Assembly: GCA_049840735.1 (NCBI GenBank)
Contig: JASGJN010000013.1
Coordinates: 160,001 to 224,000, forward strand
Source of the DNA: Anaeromyxobacter sp.
Lineage (GTDB): Bacteria; Myxococcota; Myxococcia; Myxococcales; Anaeromyxobacteraceae
DNA length: 64,000 bases
Reading direction: 5' to 3'
How positions within the stretch are numbered: position 1 is the stretch's first letter; each line of letters begins with the position of its first letter. Shown here piece after piece: positions 14,930-24,714 of the stretch. The notes under the pieces are model-generated. The model saw only the letters and a program-made list of their open reading frames with translations. It did not search any database and had not been told where the DNA came from. The position numbers and the translations under genes were made by a program.

Positions 14930-15446
14930 TCAGTCCTTCCTCCGGAGGTCCGCCTCGACGTCGTACTCGAGGTGGGCCTTGGCGATTTCGATCGTGCGGG
15001 ATGCGGTGCAGGACGCCGTCGACGTCCACCTCCACCGCGCCGTCCCTGAAACCCTTCAGCACGCCGGTCCAGCCCTTGCGCGGCGGCTGGCCGGGGGCCG
15101 TGCCCGGCACCGGGCCGTAGCTCTTCACCTGGACGCGCTGCCCGGCGTAGCGGTCGAAGTCGGCCGGCTTGCGCAGCGGGCGGTCCAGGCCGGGCGAGGA
15201 GACCTCCAGGTCGTACGCCGGCTCGATGAAGTCCTCGACGTCGAGGATCGGCTCGATGGTCCGGCTGGCGCCCTGGCAGTCGTCGACGCCGATGCCGCCG
15301 GCCTTGTCGATGAAGACACGGAGCGTCCAGCGGCCCGCCTGGCGGAGCCACTCGACCTCGACCAGCTCGTAGCCGTCGCGGGCCAGCACGGGCTCGAGGA
15401 CCCGGCGTGCCTGCTCAGCGATCGATTCCTGCCCGATGCCCGTCAT
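14930..15446 (-). CDS. rimP: ribosome maturation factor RimP (apparent frameshift ~14986)
   Basis: [30 protein letters not shown]; first gene of the nusA-infB operon. Confidence 0.95.
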
Positions 15447-15453
15447 GAACCCC

Positions 15454-15486
15454 AAAAAAGAAAAAGTGGGCGAAGCCGCCCACTTT
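15454..15486 (-). terminator. rimP-leader terminator/attenuator hairpin
   Basis: Minus strand reads AAAGTGGGCG gctt CGCCCACTTT followed by a U-rich tract just before the rimP ATG; resembles the known rimP-leader motif. Confidence 0.8.
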
Positions 15487-15686
15487 CGTAACCCGGCGTG
15501 ATCCGGGGCCGAAAATGTGGGCGTGTAGGTAACAAATGGCGCGTGGTGCGTCAAGGAAGACCTGGCTCCGCCTTCCCCCGGCGAGGGGACGGGCCGCCGC
15601 CGGGCCTGCCGTTGAGCGAGGGGCTACCCAGCCTTTCGCCGTCCGTGTATTCCCTATGGAGCAGCCGCCCTGCGGCGGACGACCGC

Positions 15687-16537
15687 ATGCCTCCCGCTTT
15701 CCACCGCCCCTACCGGACCTTGGCCGCCGCCTGCATCCTGCTGGCGCTCATCCCGGTGGCGCTCGCCCAGACCGTCCCCAGCCCGGCCCAGCTCGCCGGC
15801 GCGTACGCCGGCTGGGCGCTGGCCTGCTACATGGCCGCGGCCATCAGCGCCGCCCAGGTGGCCGTCACCTTCGACGGCGGCGACCTGCAGCGGGCCGGGT
15901 GGGGGCTCCTGGCCGGGGCCTTCCTGGTGCTGTTCCTGGCCCGCCTGTCCGCGCCCCCGAACCCCTTCAAGCTCTACGACGGGCCGGCGCCCGCGCCCGC
16001 GCTGGTCAGCATCGCCAGCATCATCTCCTCGTCCCTGGCGGCCGCCGGGTACCTGGTGCTGGCCCTGGCCTGGCACCGCTCCGGCCTGGACGACGCCAGC
16101 CCGCGCCGGCGGTGGGTGAGCGCGCTGGGCGGCCTGGGGGTGGCGGCCGCGCTGGCCGGGCCCGACCTCGTGCAGCAGCTCCCCGCCGCCCTGCGCGGCG
16201 ATCCTCCGCCGCCGCCGACGTGATCACCGACCTCATGGACGCGGCCATCTTCGTGGTGGCGGTGCCGGTGCTGCGCGCCGCGCGCTCGCTGGGCGGCGGC
16301 GTGGTGCAGTGGCCCTGGCTGCTGCTCACCCTGAGCGTCGCCGGCTGGCTGGGGTACGACGCGCTGGCGGCCTACGGCAGCGCGCTGGGGGTCTCCAACT
16401 GGACCGTCCGCGTGGGAGACGAGGCGTTCCGCACCCTCGCCTGCCTGGGCGCCTTCGGCGCCGGCACGGCCCAGCGCTGGGTGATGAACCAGGCGCCTGG
16501 GGCGGAGCTGGACGCCCGGACCAGGAGCGCGGCGTGA
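15687..16537 (+). CDS. multi-pass membrane protein (~8 TM), paralogue A (apparent 1-nt deletion at ~16204)
   Basis: Joining ORF 15498..16223 (N-part) to 15536..16537 (C-part) at GGCGATCCTCC gives a protein collinear with 16860..17699. Confidence 0.8.
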
Positions 16538-16623
16538 GCGCACCGACCTCGCCCCACAGGCAGTTCCACCAACCTCGACCGCGGGCTATCCAGCCGCGCG
16601 GCCGCGCGCTATAGGCGCTGCGA

Positions 16624-16863
16624 ATGGCTCCCGGGGGCGTCGCAGAGCGGATCGAGGCCAGGCTGGCCCTGCTGCTGGGCCCGAACAACGCGCGCAACGC
16701 GGTGCGGACCTTCGCGCGGCGCTCGCTCGAGATCGAGCCGGAGCAGCTGCGCCCCGGCGACGCCGCGCGCCTGATGGAGGCGCTCCGCCCCATGCTGAGG
16801 ACGCTCCTGGGCGCCACCACCGCCGAGCGCGTCATCCGCGAGATCACGGAGGACGTCGGATGA
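16624..16863 (+). CDS. small helical hypothetical protein (79 aa)
   Basis: GC-typical codon usage; amphipathic pattern LLGPNNARNAVRTF...LMEALRPMLRTLLG; ATGA overlap with the next gene. Confidence 0.8.
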   Translation: MAPGGVAERIEARLALLLGPNNARNAVRTFARRSLEIEPEQLRPGDAARLMEALRPMLRTLLGATTAERVIREITEDVG

Positions 16864-17699
16864 GCTGGCGCGCGCACCGTCCGTACGCGCTGCTGGGCCT
16901 GCTCTGCGCGGCGCTCGCCGCCGTGCCGGTGATCATGGCCCGCACCGTGCCCGACCCCATGGCGCTGGCCGGCTCGTACATGGGCTGGACGCTGGGCCTC
17001 TACCTGGCCGCCTTCACCGGCGCGGCGCTGGCCGCCGCCACCTTCGGCGCCGACGACGCGCAGCGGCCCGGCTGGCTGCTGATGGGGCTGTCCTACCTGG
17101 CGCTGCTGCCGGCGCGGCTCCTGGTGGGCCCCAACCCGAGCGGCCTGTTCCAGGCCGACGAGCCGCTGCTCTGGCTGCGCGTGGTGTCGAGCGTCGCCAA
17201 CTCGTCGCTGATGCTGGCCGCGATGCTGGCCCTGGCCCGCGCCTGGCGGCAGAGCGGCCTGGACGACCCGCGCCCCTGGCTGCGCTGGGTCACGCAGCTG
17301 GCGGGCGTGGCGCTGGCGGTGGCGCTGATGGGGCCGGACCTGATCCGCACCCAGCTCCCCGCCGTGCTGGACGGCGACGCGGCCGCGTGGGGCAACGTCA
17401 TCACCGACGTGCTGGACGGCCTGGTGCTGGCGGTGGCGGTGCCGGTGCTGCGGGCCGCGGTGGCGCTGGGCGGCGGCCTGGTGGCCTGGCCCTGGCTCTT
17501 CCTCACCACCGGCCTGCTGGGCTGGATCTGCTTCGACGCCATCGCCGCCTCCGACGGCCTGGGCCTCACGCCCTTCGACGCCCGCACCGCCACCGAGGTG
17601 GCCCGCACCTGGGCCTGCCTCTTCACCATGGCGGCGGGCGCGGCGCAGCGCTGGATCATGTCCGCGCCGCCGGGCGCGCCGGACGAGGATGCGGTCTAG
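16860..17699 (+). CDS. multi-pass membrane protein (~8 TM), paralogue B
   Basis: Hydrophobic 279-aa ORF sharing HRPY, TVP.P, D.QR.GW, SGLDD, GPDL, VITD..D, LGGG.V.WPW, AQRW with paralogue A. Confidence 0.85.
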   Translation: MSWRAHRPYALLGLLCAALAAVPVIMARTVPDPMALAGSYMGWTLGLYLAAFTGAALAAATFGADDAQRPGWLLMGLSYLALLPARLLVGPNPSGLFQADEPLLWLRVVSSVANSSLMLAAMLALARAWRQSGLDDPRPWLRWVTQLAGVALAVALMGPDLIRTQLPAVLDGDAAAWGNVITDVLDGLVLAVAVPVLRAAVALGGGLVAWPWLFLTTGLLGWICFDAIAASDGLGLTPFDARTATEVARTWACLFTMAAGAAQRWIMSAPPGAPDEDAV

Positions 17700-17705
17700 G
17701 GCAGC

Positions 17706-17956
17706 AGCCGCAGCCCCAGCAGCCACTCGCGGTTGCCGGCGGGCCCGATGATCACACGGGGGCTGCGCCCCCGCCCCGCCGGCACAGCCGTCGGGGCCCC
17801 ACCCCGGCTCCGCGGGGCCCTGCGCCGTGCTCGCCGCTTCGCGGCTCCGCGCGGCTGCCCCGCGAGGAGGGGCTACGCCCCTCCCCCCTGCTTCGCAGGG
17901 GCCCCCCGCCCCTCGAGCCGCAGCCCCAGCAGCCACTCGCGGTTGCCAGCGGGCCC
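17706..17956. repeat. 41-bp direct repeat (17706-17746 / 17916-17956) bracketing a ~170-bp multi-hairpin element
   Basis: AGCCGCAGCCCCAGCAGCCACTCGCGGTTGCC[G/A]GCGGGCCC in both copies, one mismatch. Confidence 0.9.
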
Positions 17957-18697
17957 TTCGATGGGCGACTCGGCGTGCCCCAGCACCTCGAAGCCGAGCC
18001 CGCGCGCGGCCTCGGCGACGCCCTCCAGCGCGGCGCGCCGCTTGGCCTCCTCGCGGACCACGCCGCCCTTCCCCACCTCGCCCTTCCCCACCTCGAACTG
18101 CGGCTTGACCAGCAGCGCCGCCAGGCCGCCCGGGCGCAGGATGGCCTTCACCGCCGGCAGGATCAGCCGGAGCGAGATGAAGGAGAGGTCACCCACCACC
18201 AGGTCCACCGGGCCGCCCAGCGCCTCCGCGGTGAGGGCGCGGGCGTTCTCGCGCTCGCGCACCACCACCCGCGGGTCGGCCCGCAGCCGCGGATGGAGCT
18301 GGCCGTAGCCGACGTCGATGGCCAGGACCTGGGCCGCGCCGCGCTGGAGCAGCAGGTCGGTGAAGCCGCCGGTGGAGGCGCCCAGGTCGGCGCAGCGCAG
18401 CCCGCGCGGCTCGATGGGGAAGACCTCCAGCGCGCGCTCCAGCTTGAGCGCGCCGCGCGAGACGTACTTCTGCGGGGCGGCGTCGGCCTTGAGCCGCAGC
18501 GGCAGCGCCGGGTCCACCAGCGCGCCGGGCTTGTCCACCCGCGCCTCGCCCGCCACCACCGCGCCGGCCATCACCAGCGCCTGGGCGCGGGTGCGCGACT
18601 CCGCCAGGCCGCGCTCCACGAGCAGGAGGTCGATGCGCTGCCGGCGGGGCGGCCGCGGGGGCCGCTCGCCGGGCGGGGCTGGCGGGCCGCCGCTCAC
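17873..18697 (-). CDS. tlyA: TlyA family rRNA methyltransferase
   Basis: S4-like RIDLLLVERGL, YVSRGALKL, DLGASTGGFTD, DLSFISL, LVKPQFE, SPIEGPAGNREW. Confidence 0.95.
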   Translation of the reverse strand: MSGGPPAPPGERPPRPPRRQRIDLLLVERGLAESRTRAQALVMAGAVVAGEARVDKPGALVDPALPLRLKADAAPQKYVSRGALKLERALEVFPIEPRGLRCADLGASTGGFTDLLLQRGAAQVLAIDVGYGQLHPRLRADPRVVVRERENARALTAEALGGPVDLVVGDLSFISLRLILPAVKAILRPGGLAALLVKPQFEVGKGEVGKGGVVREEAKRRAALEGVAEAARGLGFEVLGHAESPIEGPAGNREWLLGLRLEGRGAPAKQGGGA

Positions 18698-20602
18698 GCC
18701 GCGCCGCGCGCCTTGCGGTCGCCCACCAGGGCCCGGGCCGCGGCCGCGATCCCCTCCGCGTCCAGCCCGAAGGCGGCCCGCTGGCGGCCGGCGTCTCCGT
18801 GGGTGACGAACTCGTCCGGCAGCCCCAACCGCTTCACGGCCAGGCCGCGCTCCAGCAGGCCGCGCCGCTCGAAGGCCTCCAGGCAGCCGGCCCCGAAGCC
18901 GCCCGGCAGGCAGCCCTCCTCCACCGTCACCACCCGCCCGGCGCGCTGCGCCTCGCCGGCGATCAGCTCCTCGTCGAGCGGCTTCACGAAGCGCGCGTCG
19001 ATCACCGTGGCGGCGATCCCCTCGGCGCCGAGCTTCTCCGCGGCGGCCAGCGCCGGCTTGAGCGTGGTGCCGACCGAGACCAGGCAGACGTCCGGCTTGC
19101 CCGGCACGTTCCGCAGGAGCCGGCCCTTGCCCACCTCCAGCGCGCGCGGCGGCTCCACCGCCACGCCCTCGCCGGCGCCGCGCGGGAAGCGGAAGGCGGC
19201 CGGCCCGTCCAGCGCCAGCGCGGTGTGGAGCGCGTGGCGCAGCTCGTTCTCGTCCGACGGGGCCATCACCACCAGGTTGGGCACGCAGCGCAGATAGGCC
19301 AGGTCGTAGGCGCCCTGGTGCGTCTTGCCGTCCGCGCCCACCAGGCCGCCGCGGTCGAGCGCGAACGTGACCGGGAGCTTCTGCAGCGCCACGTCATGGA
19401 TGATCTGGTCGTAGGCGCGCTGCAGGAAGGTGGAGTAGATGGCGACCACCGGCCGGATCCCGTCGCAGGCCAGGCCGGCGGCGAAGGTGACGGCGTGCTG
19501 CTCGGCGATGCCGACGTCGTAGGTGCGGTCCGGGAAGCGCTGCTTGGCCTGGATGAGGCCGGTCCCCTCCAGCATTGCGGCGGTGATGGCCACCACCCGC
19601 GGGTCGGCGGCCATCTCGTCGCAGAGCGCGCCGGCGAAGTGGTCGGTGTAGGCCTTGGCCCCGGCCTTCTTGACCGGCTTGCCGGTCTCGACGTCGAAGA
19701 AGGACAGGCCGTGGCCGCGGGTGGCCTTGTCCGACTCGGCCGGCTGGTACCCCTTGCCCTTGGTGGTGATGACGTGCAGCAGCACCGGGCCGTCGAAGGT
19801 GGCCAGCTTGCGGAAGGTCTCGACCAGCTTCACCACGTCGTGCCCGTCCACCGGCCCCACGTAGTGGAAGCCCAGCCCCTCGAAGAGGATGCCGGGGGTC
19901 ACCAGCGCCTTGGTGGCGTTGATGCCGTGGCGGATCATCTCGATGGCCTGCGGCCCCTTGGGCACCTGGGCCAGGAACTCCTTCACCGACTTGCGCCAGC
20001 GGTTGTAGGTCCGCGAGGCGAACTTCTTCGAGAACCACTCCGACATCGCCCCGACGTTGGGCGAGATCGACATCTCGTTGTCGTTCAGCACCACCAGCAG
20101 CGAGCGCCCCAGGTAGCCGGCCTGGTTCAGCCCCTCGAAGGCCATCCCGCCGGTCATGGCGCCGTCGCCCACCACCGCCACCACCTTGCCCGGCTCGCCG
20201 GTCAGCCGCTTGGCCTCCATCATGCCCAGCGCGGCGCTGATGGCGGTGGAGGCGTGGCCCACGCCGAAGGCGTCGTGCACCGACTCGTGCCGCTCCGGGA
20301 AGCCGGCCAGCCCGCCCTCGGTGCGGATGGTGTGGAAGGCCTCGCGCCGCCCGGTGAGGAGCTTGTGGGCGTAGGCCTGGTGGCCGACGTCCCAGACCAG
20401 CTTGTCCTCCGGGGTGGAGAACACGTGGTGCAGCGCCACGTTGATCTCTACCGCGCCCAGCGACGAGCCGAGGTGGCCGCCGGTGCGGGCGCAGGTCTCG
20501 ATGATCTCGCGGCGGAGCTCCTCGCAGAGCGCGGGGAGCTCCTCGGGCGGGAGGCGCTTGAGATTCGGCGGGGCTGTCGATGCCGTCGAGCAGTCGGGCC
20601 AT
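18694..20602 (-). CDS. dxs: 1-deoxy-D-xylulose-5-phosphate synthase (apparent frameshift ~20563)
   Basis: GGHLGSSLG, WDVGHQAY, GDGAMTGG, NDNEMSIS, GIAEQHAV, YSTFLQRAYDQ. Confidence 0.97.
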
Positions 20603-20620
20603 GTCACGCTCCTTCGTTCC

Positions 20621-21503
20621 CTACTTCTGTCGCGACAGCACGAACCGCGCCAGCGCCCGGAGGGCTGCGGCCGGCTCCCCCAGGGGAGCGAGGCCGTCGA
20701 GCGCCTCCTCGAGCAGCACCGCCGCCCGCCTGCGCGCCTCCTCCGCCCCCAGCACCGCCGGCAGCGTGGCCTTGCCCGCCGCCGCGTCCTTGCCGGCGCG
20801 CTTGCCCAGGGTGGTGGTGTCGGCGGTGAGGTCGAGCAGGTCGTCGGCGATTCTGGAAGGCCAGCCCGAGCTTGAGGCCGATGGCGTGGGCCCGGGCCTG
20901 GTCGGCCCCGGCGCAGACCGCGCCGCCCGCCACCGCCGCCGCCAGCAGCGCGCCGGTCTTGGTGGACATGAGCTGCAGGATCTCCGCCTCGCCCAGGGGG
21001 CGGTGCTCGCCCTCGATGTCGCGGGCCTGCCCGTCCACCATCAGCAGCGCGTCGTCTGCCAGCAGCCGCCCCAGCTGCGCGGCGCGCGCGTCCTCCGCGG
21101 CCAGCAGGTGGGCGAAGGCCAGCGACTGCAGCCCGTCGCCCACCAGGATGGCGGTGGCCTCGTCGAAGGCGCGGTGCACCGTGGGCCGGCCCCGGCGCAG
21201 GTCGTCGTCGTCCATGGCGGGCAGGTCGTCGTGGACGAGCGAGTAGGTGTGGATGGCCTCGAGCGCGACCGCGAAGCGGAAGGCCAGCCCGTCGTCGGAT
21301 GCGTCGCCGCCGTGCGCGGTGCAGGAGGCCAGCACCAGCGCCGGGCGGAGGCGCTTGCCGCCGCCCAGCAGGGCGTGGCGCATGGCCTCGACCAGCCGGG
21401 CCGGGGCCACCTTGGCCCGCGCGTCCAGCAGCGCCGAGAGGCGCGCCTCGACGCGCGCGGCGACGGCGCGGAGGTAGGTGTCGATGTCGTGATCGGGCGG
21501 CAA
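20621..21503 (-). CDS. ispA: farnesyl/geranyl diphosphate synthase (apparent frameshift ~20850)
   Basis: GGKRLRP, HTYSLVHDDLPAMDDDDLRRG, KTGAL, AFQ/IADDLLD, GKDAAAGKAT; start approximate. Confidence 0.93.
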
Positions 21504-21623
21504 GCGGGAGGGTTCTAGCACAGCGTCTGGCCCGCCGATTGTGGAAGGCCGGACGCAGGCCGGAGGTGGACGGCCGGACACGCGCGTCCCTGCCGGGTGC
21601 CTCCGGACCTCGGGCGCCGCGCC

Positions 21624-22037
21624 TCAGGCCGGCGTCGGCAGCGCCCCGGCGCGCTGGCCCAGGATCTCCCGGATGCGCGCCACCAGGCGGTCCATGTCGA
21701 GCGGCTTGGGGAAGTAGTCCACCGCGCCGGCCTCGAGCCCGGCGCGCTCGTCCTCGGCGCTCTTGCGCGCCGAGATGAAGATGACCGGGATGTCGCCGAA
21801 GGTGGGGTTCTTCTTGATGGCCCGGCACAGCTCGAAGCCGTCGATCCAGCTCATCATGACGTCGAGCAGGATCACGTCGGGCCGGTCCACGTGCATGGCG
21901 GAGATGAGCCGCAGGCCGTTCGCGGCCTGGCCCACGTCGAAGCCCTCCAGCTCCAGCGCCAGCGTGAGCATCTCGCGGGTGTCGCGGTCGTCGTCGACGA
22001 TGATGATGCGGGGGCGGGCGGGACGCGTCTCGGGCAT
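21624..22037 (-). CDS. single-domain response regulator
   Basis: IIIVDDD, LLDVMM phospho-Asp, FISAR, YFPKP all present. Confidence 0.92.
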   Translation of the reverse strand: MPETRPARPRIIIVDDDRDTREMLTLALELEGFDVGQAANGLRLISAMHVDRPDVILLDVMMSWIDGFELCRAIKKNPTFGDIPVIFISARKSAEDERAGLEAGAVDYFPKPLDMDRLVARIREILGQRAGALPTPA

Positions 22038-22045
22038 GGGCGGGC

Positions 22046-22325
22046 TCACGGCGCGCGGCCGGCCTCCACGTCGAGCGGGACCGCCGCCTCGTCGCCGTCC
22101 GCGGTGCGCACCAGCTGCTCCACGCGGCGCTCCGCCTCGTCGAGCTTGCGCGACGCCTCGCGCGCCAGCCGCACGCCCTCGGCGAACCGCTCGATTCGAC
22201 TGCTCCAGCGAGAGCTGGCCGCCCTCGAGTTCGCCGACCACGCGCTCCAGCCGCGCGACGATGGCGTCGTACGGATCCTCGGTGCCTGCAGGTGCGGCGG
22301 GACGTTCGCTGCTCGGCTCGCTCAA
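22046..22325 (-). CDS. xseB: exodeoxyribonuclease VII small subunit (apparent frameshift ~22194)
   Basis: [47 protein letters not shown]. Confidence 0.9.
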
Positions 22326-22387
22326 CGCGACCTCCGACCTGCGGCTCCGGGCCCTGCTGCGGCCCTGCCCAGGCTGATCGAAATTCA

Positions 22388-23869
22388 TTAACGGGTCCGA
22401 AAAAGGGGGTCAACGGCCGACCCGCCGAGGCGCCCACCCTCACCGCCCTGGCGGGGATCCGGGCGACCCGGCAACGGGTCTGCCCCCTCGTCGCACCCCG
22501 TCACCGTGGCGTCCAGCCACCCCTCCGCCAGCGCGATCCGGACCGCGTCCCCGGGCGACGCCGCGGCGCTGCGCGACACGAGGTGCCCTTGGCGGAGCAC
22601 CAGCGCGAAGCCGCGCGAGAGCAGCTTGGCCACGTTGGCCGGCTCGAGCCGCGCCGCCAGCCGCTCCACCCGCAGCCCCTCGCGGCGGAAGTACGCGGCC
22701 TGCCAGCCGCCCAGCCGGCGGGTGGCGGCCTCCATGCGCCCCTGCAGCGCCCGCAGCCGGGCGCGCGGCTCGCGCCGGGCCAGCCGCACGCGCAGCCCCT
22801 CCAGCGCCGCCCGCCGCGCCCGCGCGGCGGCGCGGGCCTCGCCCTCGGCCCGGTGCAGCAGATCGTCCAGGCGGTGGCGCTCGCGCGAGAGGAGGTGGTC
22901 CGGACCGGCCAGCCCGGCCCGCAGCGCGCGCAGGTCGCGCCGGCGCCCCTCCAGCTCGCCCTCCAGCGCCCGCTCCAGCCGCGCCCGCAGGCCCGCCACG
23001 CGCGCCACCAGCTCGTCGCGCACCGGCGCTACCAGCTGCGCCGCGTGGGTGGGGGTGGCGGCGCGGACGTCGGCCACCAGGTCGGCCACCGAGACGTCCA
23101 CCTCGTGCCCCACGGCCGAGACCACCGGCACCGGGCAGGCGGCGAGCGCCCGGGCCAGCCGCTCGTCGTCGAAGGCCGCCAGCTCCTCCTGCGAGCCGCC
23201 GCCGCGGGTCACCACGATCACGTCCACGCGGGCCCGGCACAGCGCCCGCACCGCCGAGATCACCGTGGCCGCCGCCCCCTCGCCCTGCACGCGGCAGGGG
23301 GCCACCAGCACCGGCAGCGTGGGGAAGCGGCCGTGCAGCACGCGCAGGAAGTCGCGCAGCGCCGCGCCGGTGGGGCTGGTGGCCACCCCCACGCGCCGCG
23401 GCAGGAAGGGCAGCGGCCGCTTGCGGGCGGGGTCCAGCAGCCCGTCCGCCTGGAGCCGCTCCTTCACCTGCTGCAGCAGCAGCGCGTGGGCGCCGGCGCC
23501 GCGCGGCTCCACCTCCTGCACGATCAGCTGGTACTTGCCGTGCGGCGGGTAGAGCTCGACGAAGCCGCGGGCCAGGAGCTCCTGCCCCTCCGCCAGCGCG
23601 AAGCGCACCTTGCGCGCCTGCGAGGCCCAGAGCACGGCGTTGATGACCGCCTCGTCGTCCTTGAGCGTGAAGTAGACGTGCCCGCTGGCCTGGCGCCGGA
23701 GGTTGGCCACCTCGCCGGCCACCCACACGTCGCGGAACTTCGGCTCCACCGCGTTGCGGAGCGCGCGGGTCAGCTCGCCGACGGAGTAGGGCTTCGGCGC
23801 GACGGGCGCGCGCGCGAACAGGTCGCCGGTGGTGCCGGGGGGCGGCGGGGGCGGCTTGGGGCGGCTCAC
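22388..23869 (-). CDS. xseA: exodeoxyribonuclease VII large subunit
   Basis: [61 protein letters not shown]. Confidence 0.96.
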   Translation of the reverse strand: MSRPKPPPPPPGTTGDLFARAPVAPKPYSVGELTRALRNAVEPKFRDVWVAGEVANLRRQASGHVYFTLKDDEAVINAVLWASQARKVRFALAEGQELLARGFVELYPPHGKYQLIVQEVEPRGAGAHALLLQQVKERLQADGLLDPARKRPLPFLPRRVGVATSPTGAALRDFLRVLHGRFPTLPVLVAPCRVQGEGAAATVISAVRALCRARVDVIVVTRGGGSQEELAAFDDERLARALAACPVPVVSAVGHEVDVSVADLVADVRAATPTHAAQLVAPVRDELVARVAGLRARLERALEGELEGRRRDLRALRAGLAGPDHLLSRERHRLDDLLHRAEGEARAAARARRAALEGLRVRLARREPRARLRALQGRMEAATRRLGGWQAAYFRREGLRVERLAARLEPANVAKLLSRGFALVLRQGHLVSRSAAASPGDAVRIALAEGWLDATVTGCDEGADPLPGRPDPRQGGEGGRLGGSAVDPLFRTR

Positions 23870-24615
23870 GCGCGCAGCTCCAGGATCCGGCGCAGCAGGA
23901 CGTCCACGTCCTCCTGGCGGCGCAGGCGCCAGGGGGCCAGCGAGGGGCCCTGGCCCACGTGGACGCCGAAGACCAGCGGCGGCCCGACCACGAACGCGTC
24001 CTCGTCGGTGACGTCGTCGCCCAGGAAGAGCGCGGCCCGGCACCCGAGCCGCTTCACCAGGGTCCGCACCGCGTCGCCCTTGGTCGGGAAGTCGTGCGGC
24101 AGGACGTTGAGCACCCGCTTGCCCGGGATGAGCCGGACGCCGTCCAGGTCGGCGGCGGCGCGGAACACCTGCTCCTCGGCCCGGCGCATGGGCCGCGCCT
24201 GGCCGTAGTGGACGGCGAAGGTGGCCCCCTTGTCCTCGAACCGCACCCCCTCGATGCCGGCCAGCGCCTCCCCCAGCTGGCGCTGCCAGCCGCGGACGCG
24301 GCGGAGCACCGCCGCGGGTGGGCGGACGGGGCGCAGGAGCTCGTACCCGTGGTTGCCCACCAGGTGAGGCACGGTCCCATCGACCATGGCCGCGAGGTTC
24401 TCCAGGCTGCGGCCGGAGATGACCGCCACCGGCTCCCGCTCCGCCAGGCGGGTCAGCAGGGCCCTGGTCCGGGGCCGCATCCGGGCCCCGCCGGGCTTGT
24501 GGACGATGGGGGCCAGGACGCCGTCGAAGTCGAAGGCCAGCAGCACGCGCCCGGCCGCGGGGGCCAGGAACGCGGCGAGCGCCGCCCGGTGGCGGGGCTG
24601 GAGCAGGTCCCTCAT
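23866..24615 (-). CDS. otsB: trehalose-6-phosphate phosphatase (HAD)
   Basis: AFDFDGVLAPIV, VISGRS, GNHG.E, EDKG, KGDAV, FLGDDVTDEDAF. Confidence 0.9.
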   Translation of the reverse strand: MRDLLQPRHRAALAAFLAPAAGRVLLAFDFDGVLAPIVHKPGGARMRPRTRALLTRLAEREPVAVISGRSLENLAAMVDGTVPHLVGNHGYELLRPVRPPAAVLRRVRGWQRQLGEALAGIEGVRFEDKGATFAVHYGQARPMRRAEEQVFRAAADLDGVRLIPGKRVLNVLPHDFPTKGDAVRTLVKRLGCRAALFLGDDVTDEDAFVVGPPLVFGVHVGQGPSLAPWRLRRQEDVDVLLRRILELRA

Positions 24616-24714
24616 GAGATCACAGGTCGCTTCGGTGTGGGACAGGAGTGTAGCAGGGGTTTCCTCGGCCCGGACTTTCGTGTTTCCGCCCGGCGAACGT
24701 ACAATCGGGGCCCC

